Below are positions 38,339 to 47,289 of a stretch of 64,000 nucleotides of DNA, piece after piece. The DNA lies in contig OY759316.1 of NCBI GenBank assembly GCA_963662275.1, positions 3,936,001-4,000,000 on the forward strand. The letters run 5' to 3'. Position numbers and translations under genes: made by a program. Source of the stretch: Candidatus Cloacimonadales bacterium (lineage in GTDB: Bacteria; Cloacimonadota; Cloacimonadia; Cloacimonadales; DAONDQ01). How positions within the stretch are numbered: position 1 is the first letter of the stretch; each line of letters begins with the position of its first letter. The notes under the pieces were generated by a model, which worked only from the letters and a program-made list of their open reading frames with translations, did no database searches and was not told the origin of the DNA.

Positions 38339-41300
38339 ATGAAATATGATATCATAGCTCAAAACCCGGAAAGTACTGTTGTCGCAGAATACAATTCACC
38401 TTCTATACGAGAGACAGCTTACCAATCTGAAGCTGACTTGGAAAAGGATTTTGTTCAATTGTTAAAGGCACAGGCTTATGAATATCTGCCAATCACTTCT
38501 GAAAGTGGGCTGATTGCCAATCTGCGAAAACAACTGGAAATCCTAAACAACTACTCTTTTTCTGATAAAGAATGGAAACAATTGTTCGAAACCAAAATTG
38601 CCAACCTTAACAATGGCATTGAAGAAAAAACCACGATCCTTCAAGAGGACTTTATCCAGTTATTAACCTGTGACAATGGGGTAACGAAAAACATCTATTT
38701 ACTGGATAAAGCTAATATTCATAATAACCGTTTGCAGGTGATTAATCAATATTCTGTTGATGGCGGTCAGCGTGCCAACCGCTATGATGCTACGATATTG
38801 GTAAACGGTATTCCTATGGTTCACCTGGAGCTTAAAAAACGAGGTGTGGATATAAAAGAGGCGTTTAACCAGATCAACCGTTATAATCGCGAATCCTTCT
38901 GGGCAGGGAGTGGACTCTTTGAGTATATCCAGATATTTGTTATTTCTAACGGCACTCATACCAAATATTACAGTAATACAACCCGATTCACTCATATAAA
39001 AGAACAAAGTGACGGAAAAGTAAAAAAGGGGAAGCGCACAAGCAACAGCTTTGAGTTTACTTCCTGGTGGGCTGATGGCAATAATAAACCTATCACAGAT
39101 TTGATGGATTTTGGAAGAACTTTTTTTGCCAAACATACCTTGTTAAACCTGCTGACGAAATATTGTGTTTTTACTTCTGATAAACTACTGCTTGCCATGC
39201 GTCCCTACCAAATTGTGGCAACTGAGCGTATCTTGAGAAGAATTGAAATTGCACATAATTATAAACAATACGGTAATGTTGATGGTGGCGGATATATCTG
39301 GCATACAACAGGCAGCGGAAAGACACTGACTTCCTTTAAAACTGCTCAGATTGCATGCAAACTGCCATATATAGATAAGGTGCTGTTTGTAGTTGATAGA
39401 AAAGACCTTGATTATCAGACAATGTTAGAATATGATAAATTTGAGAAAGGAGCTGCGAATAGTAATACAAGTACTGCAATATTAAAAAAACAGCTTGAAG
39501 ATATCAACGCCAAGATCATCATTACCACGATACAGAAGCTATCTGTCCTGATAAAAAAAGAAAAATATCATCCTGTCTATAATCAGCATGTAGTGATTAT
39601 CTTTGATGAGTGCCATCGTTCCCAGTTTGGTGATATGCACAATGCAATTACAAAGAGCTTTAAGAAATATCATCTGTTTGGATTTACAGGCACTCCCATA
39701 TTTGCAGTTAATGCAAGTAGAAACTTGAATTCTCAATTATGTACAACAGAACAAGCATTTGGTGAAAAGCTTCATACTTATACCATCGTAGATGCCATTA
39801 TGGATAAGAACGTTCTTCCCTTCCGTATAGATTATATCAGCACAATGAAGGAGCAGGAAGATATTGCCGACACTAAAGTATGGGACATTGATAGAGAAAG
39901 AGCACTGGCAGCCCCTGCACGTGTAACTAACATCGTGAAGTATATTCTTGAACATTTTGATCAGAAGACCAAACGGAATAGCTATTATCAGCTCAAGGAA
40001 AGACGTTTGGCGGGCTTCAATGCTATCTTTGCCACAGCATCGATTGACATTGCGAAGAAATACTATTCCGAATTTCAAAAACAGATGACTGGATTACCAA
40101 GCGATAAACAATTAAAAATTGCCACAATTTACAGCTTTGGAGTCAATGAAGACGAGGTAGAGATAGAGGGTATAATCGAGGATGAAAACCTGGAGGATAC
40201 AAGCAGATTGGATAAAAGCTCAAGGGATTTCCTGGAATCTGCAATAGAGGACTATAATAAACTCTTCAGAACAAACTTCGATACTTCCAGCGATAAGTTT
40301 CAAAACTATTATAAAGATGTCTCCCAAAGAGTAAAAGACCGTGAAATTGACTTGCTTCTAGTCGTAAATATGTTCCTTACAGGTTTTGATGCTACAACAC
40401 TCAATACACTCTGGGTGGATAAGAATCTACGTTTACATGGTCTTTTACAGGCATATTCACGTACAAACCGTATTCTCAATACGATCAAAACCTTCGGGAA
40501 TATCGTATGTTTCCGAAATTTAGAGAAAGCAACCAATGAGAGTATAGCCCTATTTGGAGATAAGGAAGCAAGTGGGATAGTCCTGCTTAAGACCTTTGAT
40601 GAATACTACCATGGATATCATTCTGGAGAGAAAACAATACCCGGCTATGTGGAATTAGTGGGTGAACTGCTGGAAAAATATCCCGTTGGAGCAAGAATCA
40701 TCGGTGAACAGAATCAAAAGGATTTTATCAAACTGTATGGTACTATCTTGAAATTACGCAATATCCTTTCATCTTTTGATGAGTTTATCGGACTTGAAAT
40801 CCTGACGGAAAGAGATGTCCAGGACTATCATAGCATGTATATCGATCTCTACAATGAATTCCGAGGAAAGAACAAAGGCGATGCAGAAAACGTAAATGAC
40901 GACATTGTGTTTGAAATGGAATTGATCAAGCAAGTAGAGATAAACATTGATTACATTTTAATGCTGATCAAGAAATATCATGAAGGACACCAAAAGAATA
41001 AAGAGATAGTAATCAGTATAAACAAAGCAATTGATTCCAGCGTAGAATTACGTAACAAAAAAGACCTAATAGACCTATTCATAGCCAGCTTAAATCCCTC
41101 AACAGATGTGGATAAAGATTGGCATGAATTTGTAGAAGCAAAAAAAATAGAGGAATTGAATAAAATAATAGAAGATGAGAACCTAGACAAAGAAGAAACA
41201 TATAAATTCATCGCAAATGCATTCAGAGATGGATTCGTACAAGAATCAGGCACTGCAATCACAAAGGTCTTACCTCCTATTTCTAAATTCACACCAACTG

Positions 41301-41392
41301 GTGAACGCAGTATAAAGAAAGCATCTGTTCTGGAGAGATTTAAAGCCTTCTTTAATAGGTTTTGGGATATTTCGGGAAGTAACACGCTATGA
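38339..41392 (+). CDS. hsdR: Type I restriction endonuclease subunit R
   Basis: RYD..ILVNGIP.VHLELKK, WHTTGSGKT, DECHRSQFG, GFTGTP, MFLTGFD and QAYSRTNR. Start taken at ATG 38339. Confidence 0.96.
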   Translation: MKYDIIAQNPESTVVAEYNSPSIRETAYQSEADLEKDFVQLLKAQAYEYLPITSESGLIANLRKQLEILNNYSFSDKEWKQLFETKIANLNNGIEEKTTILQEDFIQLLTCDNGVTKNIYLLDKANIHNNRLQVINQYSVDGGQRANRYDATILVNGIPMVHLELKKRGVDIKEAFNQINRYNRESFWAGSGLFEYIQIFVISNGTHTKYYSNTTRFTHIKEQSDGKVKKGKRTSNSFEFTSWWADGNNKPITDLMDFGRTFFAKHTLLNLLTKYCVFTSDKLLLAMRPYQIVATERILRRIEIAHNYKQYGNVDGGGYIWHTTGSGKTLTSFKTAQIACKLPYIDKVLFVVDRKDLDYQTMLEYDKFEKGAANSNTSTAILKKQLEDINAKIIITTIQKLSVLIKKEKYHPVYNQHVVIIFDECHRSQFGDMHNAITKSFKKYHLFGFTGTPIFAVNASRNLNSQLCTTEQAFGEKLHTYTIVDAIMDKNVLPFRIDYISTMKEQEDIADTKVWDIDRERALAAPARVTNIVKYILEHFDQKTKRNSYYQLKERRLAGFNAIFATASIDIAKKYYSEFQKQMTGLPSDKQLKIATIYSFGVNEDEVEIEGIIEDENLEDTSRLDKSSRDFLESAIEDYNKLFRTNFDTSSDKFQNYYKDVSQRVKDREIDLLLVVNMFLTGFDATTLNTLWVDKNLRLHGLLQAYSRTNRILNTIKTFGNIVCFRNLEKATNESIALFGDKEASGIVLLKTFDEYYHGYHSGEKTIPGYVELVGELLEKYPVGARIIGEQNQKDFIKLYGTILKLRNILSSFDEFIGLEILTERDVQDYHSMYIDLYNEFRGKNKGDAENVNDDIVFEMELIKQVEINIDYILMLIKKYHEGHQKNKEIVISINKAIDSSVELRNKKDLIDLFIASLNPSTDVDKDWHEFVEAKKIEELNKIIEDENLDKEETYKFIANAFRDGFVQESGTAITKVLPPISKFTPTGERSIKKASVLERFKAFFNRFWDISGSNTL

Positions 41393-41514
41393 ATATGCGG
41401 CTTATAATCATTACCTGGAGAAGATTAGGGAAATGGGATTTTATTGTCGCACATGACATGTCAAAACTAAGCATTATAAGAACTCAATGACTGATACTAT
41501 GAAAGGAGGATATC

Positions 41515-42465
41515 GTGAAAAATCTCTTTATTGTTGATGGAGCCTCGGGAGCAGGTAAATTTGAGATGGTAAAATATGTATCCGAGTTTAAAAATGATTG
41601 CTCATATGTCCAGAAGTATACAACCAGAAAAACTCGCAATTACGAGAAGAATGCTCGGTTGATTCTTGATCTTATTTTTGTAGATGACGATACGAAATTT
41701 CAGGAGATGAAATTTGATTACAAATATAGGTATGCAGGAAATATGTATGGCGTGTATAAAAAAGATATTTTAGCAGCAATGTCTATGAGTAATAACGTGT
41801 TTATTATAATCAGAAATTATGAAGTAATCAATTCATTAGCCCATGATTTTTCGTATGTTAATGTCATCCCATTATTTGTACATACTTGTGATAATGTAAT
41901 TGAAAAATGGATGAAGGAAAAAAAAGATATTACTCCAGAACAGATTAACGAAGCACTTGATAGAAATCTGTTAGCTTATGCTGATTATCATAAAAAACCC
42001 AATATTTACAAAGAAATTATTATTAATAATTCTGACAAAAAAGACCTTTTTACTACATGTGATAAGTTACTTGAAAAATACTACTACTCTTCTTGTATTG
42101 ATGATAAACTGATCTTTATTTTTATGTCATTCAGATCGGAGAACAAACATATGCTAGATTATCTGGAGAGTATGAAAAGAGCTGTGAAAAAAATCGATTC
42201 TTCATACAGATGTATTAATCTCGAAGATATACATGGTTCAAGTTATAAAATCTCTGAAGAAGCAATTTCGAACATGATTCGTTGTAGATTAGCGATTGTG
42301 GATTTATCAGATGCAAGACCAGATGTTTATTATGAATTAGGGTATCTTCATGCGATAAAGAAAAAAACTATTATCACAGCTATTGACGGAACGAATCTAC
42401 CTTTTTACCCAAAAGAATTCAAGGTCGTTTTTACGAAAATGCAACTGATCTGCAGAAGAAGTTAG
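41515..42465 (+). CDS. Guanylate-kinase-like plus nucleoside 2-deoxyribosyltransferase-like fusion, probably frameshifted near the 3' end (intact end 42503)
   Basis: GASGAGK, KYTTR..R.YE and Y.Y.GN.YG in the kinase half. IFIFMSF...AIVDLS..RPDVYYELGY.HA in the second half. Confidence 0.72.
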   Translation: MKNLFIVDGASGAGKFEMVKYVSEFKNDCSYVQKYTTRKTRNYEKNARLILDLIFVDDDTKFQEMKFDYKYRYAGNMYGVYKKDILAAMSMSNNVFIIIRNYEVINSLAHDFSYVNVIPLFVHTCDNVIEKWMKEKKDITPEQINEALDRNLLAYADYHKKPNIYKEIIINNSDKKDLFTTCDKLLEKYYYSSCIDDKLIFIFMSFRSENKHMLDYLESMKRAVKKIDSSYRCINLEDIHGSSYKISEEAISNMIRCRLAIVDLSDARPDVYYELGYLHAIKKKTIITAIDGTNLPFYPKEFKVVFTKMQLICRRS

Positions 42466-42622
42466 TAATTGAACTTTCAGCATTCCTAACAGAGAATATG
42501 TAATTGAAGTGAGATTCAACATATTTGAAAGGAGAAGGCATTACTACGGATTAACATTACCTTTATCCAGAATTGATAAAAAAGAAGAATCTCACCAATT
42601 GCTACACAGCAAAGGAGTATCT

Positions 42623-43066
42623 ATGAAAAAGGATGAACTCTCAATATACGAAAGCCCAGCCGTAATCAAGCACTTGGAGATTTTGCAGGATATAATTACG
42701 AGAATGGCTGGGAATGGTGCAGCCTGTAAAACCTGGGCAATACCAGTTATCACCGGCATCATAGCATTCTCGGTGGAAAAACAGTGTATTCCAATCTGGG
42801 TTAGTCTTATTCCCGCGATTATGTTTTTTGTCTTAGATTCATTCTATCATGGGTTAGAAAGGCATTTCATTGACACCCAAAAAGAATTTGTAGCAAAATT
42901 GTCGGATAATACCTTACAATTAAATGATATCTATGTTATAAAATCAATACGATACTTAATTATCCATTTGAAATTCCTGTTTAGAGGGATGTTATCTTTC
43001 GCTACAGGACTTGTCTATATTCCCATTATTGCACTAATATTATGGCTGTGGAAGACAGGCTACTAA
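42623..43066 (+). CDS. Small membrane protein of a family I recall next to TIR defence genes
   Basis: AAGGAG RBS before ATG 42623. HLEILQDIITRMAGN...KTWA, F..LDSFY..LER.F and three hydrophobic segments. Confidence 0.7.
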   Translation: MKKDELSIYESPAVIKHLEILQDIITRMAGNGAACKTWAIPVITGIIAFSVEKQCIPIWVSLIPAIMFFVLDSFYHGLERHFIDTQKEFVAKLSDNTLQLNDIYVIKSIRYLIIHLKFLFRGMLSFATGLVYIPIIALILWLWKTGY

Positions 43067-43085
43067 ACACACAAAAGAGACGATC

Positions 43086-43193
43086 ATGCCTAAAAGACAA
43101 GTTTTCTATCGGAGGTAATTGTGTATAGAGGATTTAATATCAAAGACATCAAACTCGAAGACAAGTACATCGAAGCTGGTAAAAACCAACAAT
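43086..43193 (+). pseudogene. Fused 5' remnants of probable TIR-domain genes (MPKRQVFY... and MYRGFNI...)
   Basis: A 10-codon ORF at 43086-43118, then GGAGGT plus GTG 43121, whose frame runs into an IS-like end. Confidence 0.45.
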
Positions 43194-43285
43194 TGAATAA
43201 TATTCTTAATGAGAGCCACTTGTACGGAGTTTTAGAGCCACGTCTTCGCTAAAATAGAGCCACCTAATTCGAAAGTGAGAGCCAC
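43194..43285. mobile_element. Isolated IS21-family-like terminal sequence
   Basis: Starts with 5'-TG and carries AGAGCCAC four times at exact 22-bp spacing (43212, 43234, 43256, 43278). No istA/istB present. Confidence 0.6.
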
Positions 43286-43499
43286 AATTCAATTTAAGAC
43301 TGAAGATTAAATATTAAGAATTGGCATTGAAGAAGCTTATAGCTTGTAGGGATAGCGGAAGGTGGCAGAGACCAGGGAACAGTTCAGAGCAGAGCAGACT
43401 TAGAGTTCAAAATTCTTCTTGACTCTTTCATTTGAGGAATAAACTATACGAATTATGTAAATGCATGGGTAAATACGAAACATATCTAGGGGTAGAGAA

Positions 43500-43820
43500 A
43501 TGGCAAAGAATCAAATAAAAGAGCCCTCCATTCAATACAAGCATAGTTGTACACTAGAATACGGACTCGAAAAGCTTATCAATTATGATTTAAAATCCCC
43601 AATCAATTACACTTTGGAATGGGATGATCAGTATTATATTGCTGAGTCAACGGATTTTCCTATCTATGCCATTGGAGATACAGAGCTTGAAGCGATTGAA
43701 GCTTTGAAATTGGAAATTGAGAACCTCTATTCTGAATTACAAGAAAATGAGAAGTTATCTGATGAATGGGCAAAATACAAATTTATGTTACAAAGTATAA
43801 TAATAAAGCACTGTGAATAA
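43500..43820 (+). CDS. HicB-like antitoxin
   Basis: Acidic 106-aa protein with LEWDDQYYIAES.DFPIYAIGDTELEAIE.LK.EI (partial RNase H fold). Confidence 0.6.
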   Translation: MAKNQIKEPSIQYKHSCTLEYGLEKLINYDLKSPINYTLEWDDQYYIAESTDFPIYAIGDTELEAIEALKLEIENLYSELQENEKLSDEWAKYKFMLQSIIIKHCE

Positions 43821-44085
43821 CGCTCAATTTAGCACGAATCAGATACTGAAAGTATGCCAGGATAAGCTTGAAATTGAATTCAAGAGTACCAAAGAGTATA
43901 ATGGTTGGTATATGTTAGATGGGAAATGTGTTTGTCGTATTACAATCCCGAAGGGAAGAAAAGAAGTGCCTCTCAAAACTTATACATGTATGGCTAAACA
44001 ACTGAAACTCACTACATGGCAATTCGATATTTTACTTCAATGTACATTAACAAGAAAGGATATGAGTCGATTATTCGTAGTCTGA
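43813..44085 (+). CDS. HicA-like toxin (divergent, possible 3' frameshift)
   Basis: Basic 90-aa protein overlapping the antitoxin stop, with DGK...RITIP.G.KEV......MAKQLKL...F..L..C.L. Confidence 0.55.
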   Translation: MNNAQFSTNQILKVCQDKLEIEFKSTKEYNGWYMLDGKCVCRITIPKGRKEVPLKTYTCMAKQLKLTTWQFDILLQCTLTRKDMSRLFVV

Positions 44086-44140
44086 AATTAGTCTGATTTT
44101 ATCAGAACAAATTCAGGAATACATACAATTTTACCGTATG

Positions 44141-44546
44141 ATGTCACTCCTTGCGGGGTTCTAATGGTATTGTGGGTTTCTCCCTGTAGTTCCATTTCAT
44201 TCCACTACAGGTTATGATCTACCATCTCTTCGAGATTAAGAGAAGACGCAAAGAATTTAAGATTGAAAATTGAACACTTCGACGGGCTCAGTGCAAGGAT
44301 TGTGATTTGGCAGAAAAGCAGATCAGAACTAGCTCTCCCTTAATCCCTCCCTTTACAAATGGGAGGGAAATTCCAGAATTATTTTTCATTTTTTAAAAAT
44401 AAATCGAAATGCTCCCTCCTATATATATATATGAGGGCTCTGTTTTAAACGAGTTTAAAACTTCGCTAATTAAAAATTAAAAGTTAAAAATTAGCAGAGC
44501 AGAACTAACGCCCCCTTTATCCCCCTCTTTGCAAAATTGGGGGAGG
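44141..44546. repeat. Cluster of several REP-like palindromes
   Basis: CCTGTAG..CTACAGG, CTTCGACGGGCTCAG, CCCTCCCTTTACAAATGGGAGGG (44345) and CCCCCTCTTTGCAAAATTGGGGG. Confidence 0.55.
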
Positions 44547-44821
44547 CTGATCGAGGAAGACAATCATTGTAGAAGGTACTATAAGAGTTTTTCGGGTGGA
44601 TGAAATCCAAATGTTCTATTCAGTGAAGAAAGCATTGCAGTATGTCATGAAAAAGATAAAAGCCAAAGATCAGCATCTAGTGAATTATTTAACTACCATC
44701 ATTCATTTGCATAAAGACGAGGAGCCAACACCTGAAGTTGTTGCTACGATCTTTTCATAGATAAAGCTTGACTGATGACATAATGGGATTAGTATTAATA
44801 GTAAATTATTGAGAGGTGGGT

Positions 44822-46444
44822 ATGACGTTTAACTCACGAGTTTTGATTGTAGATGATGATGACATAATCATAGGCATAATCACCAGCATTTTGAAATACA
44901 ATAATTATCTTACAGAGCACTGTCACAGTGGCGAGGAGGCTTTGGAGAAAATAATCGAGGATGATTATGATCTAATCCTCCTCGATGTACAGATGGGTAA
45001 AGGTCTGGACGGATACGAAACATGTAAACTGATGCGGGAACTAAAGCCTGATTTACCGATCATACTAGTCACAGCCAACCAGGATGATGAATCAGTCAAT
45101 CGAGGCTTTGAATCCGGGTCGAGTGATTACATCAAGAAACCAGTTTCTCGATTAGAGCTGCTCGCCAGGGTAAAAAATACGATTACTCTCAAGCATTCAG
45201 AGAAAAAGAACCTCCAACTCATAGAAACTCTGCGTAAGGATTTAACCACTGCAGCCAATATCCAAAAAGCTATGCTGCCAAAGTGGATCAGTATTGATGG
45301 CGATTTGCTGTTTTCCTCCTATTATGAAGCATCTGAAGCTGTTGGAGGAGATTTATTTGATTGGATAAAACTGGATGATAATAAATATGCGGTTTACATA
45401 GGAGATGTTTCCGGTCATGGGGTTCAGGCGGCACTATTAATGTCCGCTATTAAATCAAATATCAAACACATGATTGAAAATTATAAAGATGATAAAAGCC
45501 TGGCTGAATTATTCACAAAATTGAATGAGCGTCTGTGTAATGATCAATTAATGACTAACAATTATCTTACTATCATGATGGGTGTTATCGATTTGAAGGA
45601 GGGGGAATTCCGCTTTCTCAATGCAGGTCATCCGCCATTGATCGTAATCGATACAATTTCATTTGAGATAAGAGTCCATGATGAGAAGGGGTCTCTACCA
45701 TTAGGTTGGATGCAAAATCTGCAATACGATGATGACGATATTGTTCATATCCCTCTAAGTTCAAGAGAAATCTTTCTGTTATTTACAGATGGCATCTATG
45801 AGTGTACCAATTCTGATGACATACAATTCGGTATTGAAGGCTTAAAAGAACTGATTCAGGAAAGAATTGAATTCGTTAATTGCGTAACGATTCCTCACAA
45901 AATTAAACAGTATTTAACTACTAATCACTACGAAACTTCTTCCGATGATTTTACACTTTTTTCATTCCAAATTCATAATGGAGAAAAGCCAGACCTGCAG
46001 CATCCAGATTCCACTAATTATTATGCAAGACATTATACGTTTGTGTTGGTGCCTGCGTTGAAAGAAGTGGAAAAAGTAGCCCGCGATTGCGAAGAGCTGG
46101 TATTGGATTGGACAGGTGATAAATATCTGGCAGCCCGGGCTGAACTTATCGTAGATGAATTTCTGAATAACATCATCATGTATGGATATAACTATGTTGA
46201 AGATGCAGAAATTGTCGTAGAATTTCGTTTGGAGACTTCAAAGTTATCCATACGTTTTTGGGATAAAGGAATTGCCTGGGTTCCGGAAGAACAGGAATAC
46301 AGTATCGATAATCCCTATGATTTTGAAAAGGATGGCTTGGATACACACGGCAGGGGTATGAAGATCATCATGTCTATCAGTAATCGTTTCATTCGTACTC
46401 GGTATGACAGCATCAATGAAACAAAGGTGGAGTTTGATCTATGA
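44822..46444 (+). CDS. REC - PP2C/SpoIIE phosphatase - RsbW-like HATPase fusion
   Basis: LIVDDD...LLDVQM...KKP, VGGDLFD, GDVSGHG, NAGHPP, FTDG, DDFT, DEFLNNII.YGY and GRGMKI. Confidence 0.88.
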   Translation: MTFNSRVLIVDDDDIIIGIITSILKYNNYLTEHCHSGEEALEKIIEDDYDLILLDVQMGKGLDGYETCKLMRELKPDLPIILVTANQDDESVNRGFESGSSDYIKKPVSRLELLARVKNTITLKHSEKKNLQLIETLRKDLTTAANIQKAMLPKWISIDGDLLFSSYYEASEAVGGDLFDWIKLDDNKYAVYIGDVSGHGVQAALLMSAIKSNIKHMIENYKDDKSLAELFTKLNERLCNDQLMTNNYLTIMMGVIDLKEGEFRFLNAGHPPLIVIDTISFEIRVHDEKGSLPLGWMQNLQYDDDDIVHIPLSSREIFLLFTDGIYECTNSDDIQFGIEGLKELIQERIEFVNCVTIPHKIKQYLTTNHYETSSDDFTLFSFQIHNGEKPDLQHPDSTNYYARHYTFVLVPALKEVEKVARDCEELVLDWTGDKYLAARAELIVDEFLNNIIMYGYNYVEDAEIVVEFRLETSKLSIRFWDKGIAWVPEEQEYSIDNPYDFEKDGLDTHGRGMKIIMSISNRFIRTRYDSINETKVEFDL

Positions 46445-47289
46445 TTAGTATCATTATCCGTGCCAAGAATGAATTACCTTGGCTGAAATACTGTCTATTG
46501 ATGCTGAAACTTCAAACGAGAAAGGATTATGAATTGATTTGTGTGGATTCAGGCTCTACGGATGGGAGTTGGGAATTACTTCAGGCAGCCTCACCAGATA
46601 CAATTTATCAAATAGCTCCAGAAGCCTATATCCCGGGTAAAGTTCTCAACCAGGCGATTACTCATGCCAGGGGGGAGTATGTCGTTTTCAATAATGCTGA
46701 TTGTATCCCCAAAGATAAGTATTGGCTGGAAAACCTGATCCGTCCACTTGAAACTGATCCAGAATTAGTCGCTGTCTATGCTCAACAGATACCCCGAGCT
46801 AATGCGATACCGCTCGTGGAAAAGGATTATAAGAGAGCTTTTGGTGATGGCAGAGTATCAGCGCGGTGGCGTCATTTCTTTTCATTGGCAAGCAGTGCCG
46901 TTAAGCGTGATATCATAACCCAATATCCATTTAAGGAAGATATTCAATATTCTGAGGATATCGAATGGTCTTGGCGAATGAAGCAGCTTGGTTTTAAAAT
47001 TCTATATGTTCCTGAATCCAAAGTGGAACATTCACATAATTACAATCTTGCACAGATCAAGAAACGCTATCTTGGAGAAGGAAAAGCAGAAGCCTATATC
47101 TATCAGGATTACTATCGTGAGAATCCTCAAGAGCAATCCTTTTGGAAAAGTGTTATCCTGGCATTTGGTATTGAAAGCCTTAGAGATTGGAACTACCTGC
47201 TGCATCATATGCAGTTGAATTGGATGCTGCTTGCTCCTGTTTACCGCTTTGCTCAACGCTATTATGCTTTCAAAGGACGTAATCAATGA
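46441..47289 (+). CDS. GT2 glycosyltransferase (rhamnosyltransferase-like)
   Basis: SIIIRAKNE, VDSGSTDG, NADC, SED.EW and V.HSHNY. Confidence 0.9.
   Translation: MISIIIRAKNELPWLKYCLLMLKLQTRKDYELICVDSGSTDGSWELLQAASPDTIYQIAPEAYIPGKVLNQAITHARGEYVVFNNADCIPKDKYWLENLIRPLETDPELVAVYAQQIPRANAIPLVEKDYKRAFGDGRVSARWRHFFSLASSAVKRDIITQYPFKEDIQYSEDIEWSWRMKQLGFKILYVPESKVEHSHNYNLAQIKKRYLGEGKAEAYIYQDYYRENPQEQSFWKSVILAFGIESLRDWNYLLHHMQLNWMLLAPVYRFAQRYYAFKGRNQ

Noticed and set aside
44551..44760. Open frame ending ...PTPEVVATIFS*
   Set aside because: No convincing RBS/start or family motif. It may be a gene remnant but cannot be supported.
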